From the NCBI GenBank assembly GCA_027620445.1, contig JAQBYG010000004.1, forward strand, positions 1 to 54,576: 54,576 nucleotides of DNA, in the 5' to 3' direction. The notes under the pieces were generated by a model that saw nothing but the letters and a program-made list of their open reading frames with translations, did no database searches and was not told where the DNA came from. The stretch comes from a bacterium (GTDB lineage Bacteria > Patescibacteriota > Microgenomatia > UBA1400 > PJMF01). A program made the position numbers and the translations under genes. Shown piece after piece: positions 18,939-26,107 of this stretch (positions within the stretch are counted from its first letter, which is position 1; every line of letters starts with the position of its first letter).

Positions 18939-19559
18939 ATGACATATCTTGCTCAGAAACGTTTACTCGATCTTTTTGTTGCCTTCGGCTTGGTTGTCCT
19001 TTTTTTGCCAGTCTGGCTCGTCGTGCCAATCCTTATTTTACTTGACTCAGGCCGTCCAATTTTTTTCACCCACAGAAGAGTAGGTCTCGATGGGAAAGAG
19101 TTTAATCTGTACAAGTTTCGCTCTATGATTCAGGGCGCCGACGACATCTTGCACAAACAAGATAAGAAAATGCTCAAAAAGTTCAAAGAAAATGACTGGA
19201 AAATTCCCAATGATCCTAGGGTCACCAAGTTAGGAAAAATCTTGCGCTCATTAACTATCGATGAATTTCCACAGCTACTCAATGTTATTCGTGGTGAAAT
19301 GTCCATGGTTGGCCCACGCGCATATGTTCGCCGTGAGCTCGACGAACAAAGTGAACGTTATCCAGAAACAAAACCTTACATTAGTAAAATCCTCAGTATC
19401 AAACCTGGTATCACCGGGCCCTGGCAAACAAGTGGTCGCAATGAAGTGCCGTTTTCAATTCGTTCCAAAATGGATGCTAGCTACGCCTCAAATCCTTCTA
19501 TTCTCAAGGACATCACAATTCTCGTCCGTACTCCCAAAGCGATGGTTTCAAAATGGTGA
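18939..19559 (+). CDS. small monotopic phosphoglycosyl transferase (PglC/WbaP C-terminal type, polyprenyl-phosphate sugar-1-phosphate transferase)
   Basis: KRLLDLFVAFGLVVLFLPVWL re-entrant helix. FRSM. IDEFPQLLNVIRGEMSMVGPR, containing the Asp-Glu dyad. Confidence 0.9.
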   Translation: MTYLAQKRLLDLFVAFGLVVLFLPVWLVVPILILLDSGRPIFFTHRRVGLDGKEFNLYKFRSMIQGADDILHKQDKKMLKKFKENDWKIPNDPRVTKLGKILRSLTIDEFPQLLNVIRGEMSMVGPRAYVRRELDEQSERYPETKPYISKILSIKPGITGPWQTSGRNEVPFSIRSKMDASYASNPSILKDITILVRTPKAMVSKW

Positions 19560-19599
19560 TTGGAGCAGAGCTCAAATCTTTGCTATACTGGAAATTCTT

Positions 19600-21579
19600 A
19601 TGACTCTGCCCAACAATCCCGAGTTAAATGATTCCCCAGAAACTTCTGTTGCACCAGATCTAGAACAGATACCTTCGTCTCCCAAGCGTGGTTTTTTTGG
19701 CTGGTGGTCTGCACGAAAAACCTGGCAGAAAATTGCCATCATTCTGACACTTGTGTTCGCTATTCTTATCGGAGTGAGCGCGACTCTTGCACTTCAAACA
19801 TATCGAGTATTACAGTCACTCCAGGCACAATCAACAGAAGTGCGTGCACTTGGACAAGAGACTTACGGTCACTTCAAAGCACAAAGCTTACTACCTGTTC
19901 AAGACAACTTGAACAAAATCGATGAAAAACTCAACACCATGCGGTCGACCTACCAGCAACTTTCGTTTTACAGATCAATTCCCATTGCACGCAATTACTA
20001 TCTAGATGGAGAGCATGCATTCGCCGCCGCTCAATCTGGCTTATCGGCAGCACGGAAATCGATCGATGCAATCGTCCCCTATGCTGATGTGCTCGGATTT
20101 TCTGGCGAAGGCTCATTTCAGGGCGGCACGGCTGAGGATCGGCTAAAAATTATCCTTGAAACACTCGATAAAATTACCCCAATCCTAGATGAAATTGCGG
20201 CAGATCTTAGTACTGCTGAATCAGAACTGGCACTCATCTCAGCAGATCGATATCCAGAAGCAATCGAGGGAATTCAGGTTCGTGCCTCAATTTTACAAGC
20301 ACAAGATTTCTCTAGCGCGGCGGTAGACGCTGTCACAGAGTACCGCCCAGTGATCGAACAATTGCCAAGCATCGCGGGTGGTAGAGGAGAGAGAAAAAAA
20401 TATCTTGTGCTCTTCCAAAATGATGCTGAGCTCAGACCTACCGGCGGTTTTCTAACAGCTTTCGCAATCATCAATGTAGAAAATGGCAAAGTTGAGCCAG
20501 AGAAATCAGACGACATTTACGAAATAGACAAAAAGTACCGAAGTAAGTTGCCCATTCCCGAAGAGCTTGGTCGCTACCTCACAACAGAGAAGCGATGGAA
20601 TCTGCGTGACATGAATACCTCACCTGATTTTAAAGTTTCGATGGAGCAGTTCTTCCCAGAGTACAGCAGTGTTCCCGGCGAACCAACCAATGTTGACGGT
20701 ATTATTGCCGTCGATACAAAAGTATTGACTGATCTGCTTACCGTGCTGGGACCAGTCGAAGTTCCGGGCTATGGCCTATTCTCAAGCAAAACTGATCCTC
20801 GCTGTGACTGCCCAGAGATCATCTACATCTTGTCAGAGATCATCACCCGGCCAACCCCATATCTTCGAGATGACCGCAAAGGTGTGCTGGGACCGCTCAT
20901 GCGCTCGGTGCTCACCAAATCTTATTCAAGTCCAAAAACAATCTGGCCCGAGCTTTTCCAAACGGGCCTAAACAATATTGCTGATCGCCACATTCAGTTC
21001 TATTTCCTCGACGAAAAAGCACAAGCAGCGGCAGAAACACTGAACGCAGCTGGTCGTATCACCCCCGAACCTAGTGCTGACTTCCTCGCAATCGTAAACA
21101 CAAACTTGGCAGGTGCTAAATCAAACCTCTTTGTCACATATGAGGTCGAGCAAACCGTCTCTGCCCCCGAAAATGGGTTCATCACCAAACAACTGGAAAT
21201 TACCTACAAGAACTCGAGAAAATCCGACAACTGCAATCTCGAGGCCGGCTTGTTATGTCTGAACTCAACACTCAAGGACTGGACAAGGATTTACGTGCCA
21301 GCAGGCAGTGAGGTTATAACTTCCGAAGGATTTAAAGAAGATGCTCGCATCAGCGAAGAACTTGGATTCTCTGTTATCAATGGCTTTTTTAGCCTAGAAC
21401 CTCTTGGTTCAGCCAAAATCAAGCTAGAGTACAAGGTTCCATACACAGACGAAAGCACCTACACACTAAAGATTTGGAAACAAGGTGGTATAGACAAGGT
21501 GCCTTACTTGCTCGATACCACTGGCAGCCAAGAACAACTCGAGGTTACCAAAGATACCACGTACTCAACTGCGTTCTGA
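19600..21579 (+). CDS. DUF4012-like membrane-anchored extracytoplasmic protein
   Basis: N-terminal TM (IAIILTLVFAILIGVSATLAL). Hallmark KYLVLFQNDAELRPTGGFLTAFAIINVENGKV. I chose the ATG 19600 start because the track ORF (19261) overlaps the sugar transferase in another frame. Confidence 0.7.
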   Translation: MTLPNNPELNDSPETSVAPDLEQIPSSPKRGFFGWWSARKTWQKIAIILTLVFAILIGVSATLALQTYRVLQSLQAQSTEVRALGQETYGHFKAQSLLPVQDNLNKIDEKLNTMRSTYQQLSFYRSIPIARNYYLDGEHAFAAAQSGLSAARKSIDAIVPYADVLGFSGEGSFQGGTAEDRLKIILETLDKITPILDEIAADLSTAESELALISADRYPEAIEGIQVRASILQAQDFSSAAVDAVTEYRPVIEQLPSIAGGRGERKKYLVLFQNDAELRPTGGFLTAFAIINVENGKVEPEKSDDIYEIDKKYRSKLPIPEELGRYLTTEKRWNLRDMNTSPDFKVSMEQFFPEYSSVPGEPTNVDGIIAVDTKVLTDLLTVLGPVEVPGYGLFSSKTDPRCDCPEIIYILSEIITRPTPYLRDDRKGVLGPLMRSVLTKSYSSPKTIWPELFQTGLNNIADRHIQFYFLDEKAQAAAETLNAAGRITPEPSADFLAIVNTNLAGAKSNLFVTYEVEQTVSAPENGFITKQLEITYKNSRKSDNCNLEAGLLCLNSTLKDWTRIYVPAGSEVITSEGFKEDARISEELGFSVINGFFSLEPLGSAKIKLEYKVPYTDESTYTLKIWKQGGIDKVPYLLDTTGSQEQLEVTKDTTYSTAF

Positions 21580-21592
21580 GAATGTTCATTCT
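21579..21592. promoter_or_regulatory. perfect 6+2+6 palindrome AGAATG-TT-CATTCT in the 15-nt gap before recO
   Basis: Read directly. It starts with the last base of the upstream TGA and ends 2 nt before ATG 21595. Confidence 0.5.
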
Positions 21593-21594
21593 AA

Positions 21595-22134
21595 ATGGCA
21601 ATTCACTCTTACACTGTCACTGGTATCGTTCTCAAACGGTATAACGTTGGCGAACACGATAGGGCAATCACCATTCTCACCAAAGAAGAGGGTAAAAGCG
21701 TCTACATTGCCAAAGGGGTTCGTAAGCTGCGCTCATCGAGCGGGGGAAATCTAGAGCCAGGTTCGCTTGTGACTGCCCACTGTATTCCTACTAAATCTCT
21801 TCCCCTCATCACTCAAACAAAGTTGCACCTACAAGCTCTTGAACATACAAACACTCTGTCACAGGTTCGTAGGATTCAGCAGATGCTTGAAATTTTCGAC
21901 TTTCTCTTCGTGCCAGAAGAATTGGACAGTGCGCTTTTTTCGCAAGTGACCGATCTCTACTCGGCGGTCATACAAAAACAAACAGCAATTTCAGACCTGC
22001 GCTCTAAAATTATTGAGCTAGTACGTATGCTGGGATACGAGATATCTTCCGACGGCAACGCATCGCTCTCAAAGCAACTCTCGGAGATTTTTGAGCGTCC
22101 ATTGAGGAGCTTCGAGTACTTACTAGTCAAATAA
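21595..22134 (+). CDS. recO: DNA repair protein RecO (short form)
   Basis: N-terminal OB-fold signature YTVTGIVLKRYNVGEHDRAITILTKEEGK. Length 179 aa. Confidence 0.8.
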   Translation: MAIHSYTVTGIVLKRYNVGEHDRAITILTKEEGKSVYIAKGVRKLRSSSGGNLEPGSLVTAHCIPTKSLPLITQTKLHLQALEHTNTLSQVRRIQQMLEIFDFLFVPEELDSALFSQVTDLYSAVIQKQTAISDLRSKIIELVRMLGYEISSDGNASLSKQLSEIFERPLRSFEYLLVK

Positions 22135-22143
22135 CCACCAGGT

Positions 22144-22152
22144 TGTTACAAT
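22144..22152 (+). promoter_or_regulatory. extended -10 element TGtTACAAT, 9 nt upstream of ATG 22162
   Basis: Read directly: gtTGtTACAATctcgagagcATG. TAGTCA (4/6 match to TTGACA) lies 17 nt upstream. Confidence 0.45.
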
Positions 22153-22161
22153 CTCGAGAGC

Positions 22162-23553
22162 ATGCAAAAAAACCCACCAACCCTCGATGAGCTCGTCAGC
22201 CTGACAAAACGGCGTGGCTTTGTGTTTCAAACCTCGAGCATTTATGGCGGACTAGCCAATTCCTATGATTATGGTCCGCTTGGTGTAGAGCTAATGAGAA
22301 ACATCAAAAACCTGTGGTGGAAGGCCTTTATCCAACAGCGAGAAGATATGGTGGGTATTGATTCGCAAATCTTACTACACCCAAAAACATGGGTTGCATC
22401 CGGTCACACAACCGCTTTTAATGATCCGCTGGTAGAAGACCTCGTGACACAAAAGCGTTTTCGCGCAGATCACTTGATCCAAGAGTGGCAAGAAAAAAAC
22501 AACAAAACCTCAGAGAAATCACCTGAGGAAATGTCGGTAGAAGATATGGGTAAGTACATATCAGCAAATAAAATCATGAGCCCAGACAATAACACAGTCT
22601 CTGCTCCCAAGGTATTCAACTTGTTGTTTGAAACCTCAATTGGCTCCGTCGCGGGTGAAAAATCGGTAGTCTACTTGCGCGGAGAAACTGCGCAAGGCAT
22701 TTTTACTAACTTTACAAACATTACAAACTCCACGCGAATCCAGCTACCATTTGGTGTTGGACAAATCGGAAAAAGTTTCCGCAACGAGGTAACAACTGGT
22801 CAATTTGTTTTCCGCACACTCGAATTTGAGCAAGCAGAAATTGAGTACTTCTTTGATCCTGAAGTTACGGACTGGCAAAAGTTGCTCGAGGACTGGAAAC
22901 AAGCCATGTGGAACTTTGTAACTCAAACACTCGGCGTTCGCGAGGAGAATCTGCGCTGGAGAAAACACACTGATACCGAACGCAGTCACTACAGCAAAGA
23001 CACCTACGACCTCGATTACAAATTTCCGTTTGGGTGGAAGGAGCTGTGGGGGATAGCTTATAGAACTGATTATGATCTCAAGCAACATCAAACACTCTCG
23101 GGAGAAAATCTCGAAGCGACTGATCTTGAAAACAGAAGATTCATTCCTCACGTCATTGAGCCCGCTGTTGGTCTCAATCGAGTATTCATGATGGTTCTGA
23201 CCGAACACTTCTGGGAAGATGCCGAACGCTCTCGAACTGTACTAAGTTTGCCTCAGCAGCTAGCACCAAACACCGTGGCTGTGTTCCCGCTCGCGAGAAA
23301 TAAACCAGAGTTAGTAGCAGTGGCAAAAGAAATTTATGTGAAACTTGCACAGGAAGTTCCTACCGCTTGGGACGACAGAAGTAACATAGGAAAACGATAT
23401 CTCTACCAGGATGAAGCAGGCACTCCGTTCTGTGTCACAGTTGATTACCAAACCATCGAAGATCAAACAGTAACCATACGCAACCGAGATACTACTGAGC
23501 AAATCAGAATTGCCTCTAGTGAAATTCTCGAATACCTCAAAAAAAACAGCTAG
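22162..23553 (+). CDS. glyQS: glycine--tRNA ligase (dimeric class II, GlyQS type)
   Basis: RRGFVFQTSSIYGGLANSYDYGPLGVELMRNIKNLWW. Class II motifs FRNE and GVGLNR-like AVGLNRV. Length 463 aa. Confidence 0.95.
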   Translation: MQKNPPTLDELVSLTKRRGFVFQTSSIYGGLANSYDYGPLGVELMRNIKNLWWKAFIQQREDMVGIDSQILLHPKTWVASGHTTAFNDPLVEDLVTQKRFRADHLIQEWQEKNNKTSEKSPEEMSVEDMGKYISANKIMSPDNNTVSAPKVFNLLFETSIGSVAGEKSVVYLRGETAQGIFTNFTNITNSTRIQLPFGVGQIGKSFRNEVTTGQFVFRTLEFEQAEIEYFFDPEVTDWQKLLEDWKQAMWNFVTQTLGVREENLRWRKHTDTERSHYSKDTYDLDYKFPFGWKELWGIAYRTDYDLKQHQTLSGENLEATDLENRRFIPHVIEPAVGLNRVFMMVLTEHFWEDAERSRTVLSLPQQLAPNTVAVFPLARNKPELVAVAKEIYVKLAQEVPTAWDDRSNIGKRYLYQDEAGTPFCVTVDYQTIEDQTVTIRNRDTTEQIRIASSEILEYLKKNS

Positions 23554-23571
23554 ACGCAGACTGTTGCATCG

Positions 23572-23580
23572 TGTTACGCT
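23572..23580 (+). promoter_or_regulatory. extended -10-like element TGtTACGCT, 7 nt upstream of ATG 23588
   Basis: Read directly: cgTGtTACGCTgaactctATG. Confidence 0.35.
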
Positions 23581-23587
23581 GAACTCT

Positions 23588-24376
23588 ATGAAAAAACCGG
23601 TTATCGCTATAGTTGGAGTTGTCCTTTTGATCATTGGTGGAGTGATTTTTTGGCGCATGAGACCAGTCGCCAAGACAGAAACAACTGCACCAGCCAAAAA
23701 ACGCATTGTGCAACCGGTTAACATCATTCCGCAAGAAGAGCGTCCATATATCGCAATTTCTCCACAGGCAGATGGTAGAAATATCACCATTACTGTCGAT
23801 TCCGTGAAGAAATCAGCGAGCGAAGTAGAGTATGAACTTGAGTACCAAGCAGGAACGCTACTGCAAGGCGCATTTGGCTCTATTGCACTGAGCGACACCC
23901 CGGCTACAGAGAAGATTTTGCTCGGTAGCTGCAGTGCCGGTGGAGCTTGTACCTACCACGAGGATGTCAAAGGCGGCTCACTCACCACTACCTTTGGCGG
24001 CTCAGAGGACTATAGTCTTAAAACTGACTGGAAGTACATTGATAACAAAGCAAAAGAAAAGAGCTTCTCGTCAAAGGATGGCAAGTTCCAAATTGCGGCA
24101 GCGGAACTCGCAAAGGCACGCTACCTAATCATAGGTAATGCCTCTGGTGTGCCAGAGGGCTTCGATGGCAAAATTGCCTCAGAGCCATACTCACTTGAAC
24201 TCAGCAGCTCTCTCACCGGCGAAGCAAAGTTAAGCATTCGAGCGACAAGCGAGGAAACACTAACTATTCTCGGCTGGAATGGCTCAACCTGGAAATCCTT
24301 TGATACAACCCAAGAGGACAAGCTTGCAACCGCAACCGTCACACTCATGCCGCTCTACGTCGTTGTGACCAAATAG
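23588..24376 (+). CDS. membrane-anchored hypothetical extracytoplasmic protein
   Basis: MKKPVIAIVGVVLLIIGGVIFW signal anchor followed by a beta-rich domain. The track ORF start (23510) overlaps the glyQS 3' end. Confidence 0.5.
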   Translation: MKKPVIAIVGVVLLIIGGVIFWRMRPVAKTETTAPAKKRIVQPVNIIPQEERPYIAISPQADGRNITITVDSVKKSASEVEYELEYQAGTLLQGAFGSIALSDTPATEKILLGSCSAGGACTYHEDVKGGSLTTTFGGSEDYSLKTDWKYIDNKAKEKSFSSKDGKFQIAAAELAKARYLIIGNASGVPEGFDGKIASEPYSLELSSSLTGEAKLSIRATSEETLTILGWNGSTWKSFDTTQEDKLATATVTLMPLYVVVTK

Positions 24377-24410
24377 TTTCCCTTTTTTCGATTCACTCCA
24401 CAGTGTTCTA

Positions 24411-24434
24411 GCACGATCTTTTCGTGTTTTTTTT
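24411..24434 (+). terminator. rho-independent terminator
   Basis: Stem CACGA (24412-16), loop TCTTT, stem TCGTG (24422-26), extendable by G-U and A-U pairs, followed by eight T (24427-34). Confidence 0.6.
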
Positions 24435-24464
24435 GTATTTACTTCCTGAGTTGAGTAGTCATAA

Positions 24465-24490
24465 TGTTGAATTATGGTAAACAGTGGTAA
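24465..24490 (+). promoter_or_regulatory. three direct repeats at exact 10-bp phase (TGTTGA / TGGTAA / TGGTAA); candidate MraZ operator and/or -10 elements
   Basis: Repeats start at 24465, 24475 and 24485, and end 16 nt before the mraZ ATG. The last also reads as TGgTAAATT (extended -10-like). Confidence 0.4.
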
Positions 24491-24505
24491 ATTATCTTAT
24501 AATTA

Positions 24506-24925
24506 ATGTTTATTGGAAAATATTACTACACGCTCGAGGCAAAAGGAAGGGTATCACTTCCAAAATCATTTCGATCTGAGCAAAAAAACTGGGTAATTAC
24601 CAGAGGTCTCGATGGAGCACTCTTTTTATTTCCAGAGTTAACCTACTTAGCCGAAGTAGAAAAGCTCTCACAACTCTCGACAAACAAACGAGCGGTTCGA
24701 GATGCAATCAGATTGCTCAGCAACGATGCCGCCAATCTAACTCCAGACAAACTCGGCAGAATTAGCATTCCAGAGCACCTGATTGAAGGCGCAGGACTTA
24801 CCAAAAACCTAGTTGTTGTCGGCAGCATTTCTAAAGTAGAGATTTGGGATCGAGAAACATATCACAACTACCTTTCAGAACTGACCTCGCACGCAGAGGA
24901 GACAGTAGAACAGCTAGAAAACTAA
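24506..24925 (+). CDS. mraZ: transcriptional regulator MraZ
   Basis: MFIGKYYYTLEAKGRVSLPKSFR plus a second SpoVT/AbrB-like repeat (KLGRISIPEHL). First gene of the dcw cluster. Confidence 0.92.
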   Translation: MFIGKYYYTLEAKGRVSLPKSFRSEQKNWVITRGLDGALFLFPELTYLAEVEKLSQLSTNKRAVRDAIRLLSNDAANLTPDKLGRISIPEHLIEGAGLTKNLVVVGSISKVEIWDRETYHNYLSELTSHAEETVEQLEN

Positions 24926-24926
24926 C

Positions 24927-25811
24927 GTGAACACAACCCATCAAACAGTCTTTTTGAATGAATCAATCGAGCTACTTAACCTCGAGCCAGGGAAGGTCGT
25001 GGTAGATGCTACGTTTGGCACCGGCGGCCACACGCAGGCACTCCTCGACCAACAGTCTACAGTGATCGCCTTTGACTGGGACGCTGATGCTATAACAAGA
25101 GGTAGCACTCGCTTTCAATCTGAGATATCCCAAAAAAAACTCTTTCTCGTCCACGAGTCATTTTCAAAACTGGCGCAGGAGGTCGAGCGAATAACAATTA
25201 ATGAGAACCTAGCTGTTTCTGGCGTGCTCTTTGACTTCGGCACCAGCACTGAGCAACTTATGTCTGCCGAGCGTGGGTTTAGCTTTGTCGGAGACGGTCC
25301 CTTGGATATGCGCATGGATACCAGATTAGCAGTCATGGCAAAAGACATCCTGGCTCTGGTACCAGAAAAACAGCTAGAGCTTTTATTTCGAGAGTTTGGC
25401 GGGGAGATCCATGCTCGAGCAATCGCCAAAGCAATCAAGCAATCACCTGTGCCCATCACCACAACCGCCCAACTTGCTGAGTGTGTTCTAAAAGTGAACC
25501 ACAGGCGTTCGGGAGGTATTCACCCTGCTACCAAAGTTTTTCAGGCACTGAGAATTGCGGTCAACGGTGAGTTGTCAGAAATTCAACTTGCTTTACCACA
25601 AGCTTTTGACGTACTTGAAAAAGGCGGACGTATCGTCTCGATAGCTTTTCACGAAGGTGAAGATCGAATCGTCAAGCAACAATTTGCGCAATGGGAAGCC
25701 TGCAATAAGGCTCGCAAATTACAAAAAAAAGCTGTACAGCCAAGCGAAGCAGAGCTCAAAGATAATCCTCGAGCTCGCAGTGCGAAATTACGCGGAATTG
25801 AAAAGCTATGA
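24927..25811 (+). CDS. rsmH: 16S rRNA (cytosine1402-N4)-methyltransferase RsmH
   Basis: HQTVFLNE, DATFGTGGHT, FDFGTSTEQL, GPLDMRMD motifs. GTG start. Confidence 0.93.
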   Translation: MNTTHQTVFLNESIELLNLEPGKVVVDATFGTGGHTQALLDQQSTVIAFDWDADAITRGSTRFQSEISQKKLFLVHESFSKLAQEVERITINENLAVSGVLFDFGTSTEQLMSAERGFSFVGDGPLDMRMDTRLAVMAKDILALVPEKQLELLFREFGGEIHARAIAKAIKQSPVPITTTAQLAECVLKVNHRRSGGIHPATKVFQALRIAVNGELSEIQLALPQAFDVLEKGGRIVSIAFHEGEDRIVKQQFAQWEACNKARKLQKKAVQPSEAELKDNPRARSAKLRGIEKL

Positions 25812-26107
25812 GAAAACTGCACCTATACACATATTATGGAGTCCTGGGACTAGCTGTGCTCAGCCAAGTAGTTCTAACCTTGGTTACTGAGTCGGTTTGG
25901 GTCAAACGCAACACTACCTTCAACCAAGAAGTTTCTGAACAAAATAGATTACTTGCCCATCGCAAACGCCTCGAGACTGAGCTAGCCCAAATAAGCTCAC
26001 TCACCAAACTTGAAGAAGAAGCTGTAACGCTCGGCTACGAGCCTATCACCGCGACAGTGCTGGTCGCAGCTCAACCCAAACAAGATTCTCTTGCGTTGCG
26101 CCCATGA
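25808..26107 (+). CDS. ftsL: FtsL-like cell division protein (single TM + coiled coil)
   Basis: 99 aa with a TM helix (YGVLGLAVLSQVVLTLV) followed by a heptad-rich segment. It sits between rsmH and ftsI. Confidence 0.5.
   Translation: MRKLHLYTYYGVLGLAVLSQVVLTLVTESVWVKRNTTFNQEVSEQNRLLAHRKRLETELAQISSLTKLEEEAVTLGYEPITATVLVAAQPKQDSLALRP

Noticed and set aside
19261-19599. N-terminal extensions of ORFs in the supplied track that overlap the preceding gene: 19261 for the DUF4012 gene, 9819, 11515, 15376, 16592, 23510, 31419, 37112, 48797, 49485, and 47704 on the minus strand.
   Set aside because: Each extension lies in another frame of a well-supported upstream gene. An in-frame ATG/GTG right at or just after the upstream stop gives a typical N-terminus (signal anchor or conserved family start). 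I used the shorter starts.
24498-24503. Perfect TATAAT hexamer 2 nt before the mraZ ATG.
   Set aside because: It is too close. Transcription would start downstream of the start codon, so it cannot serve this ATG. The phased repeats and TGgTAAATT further upstream are better candidates.
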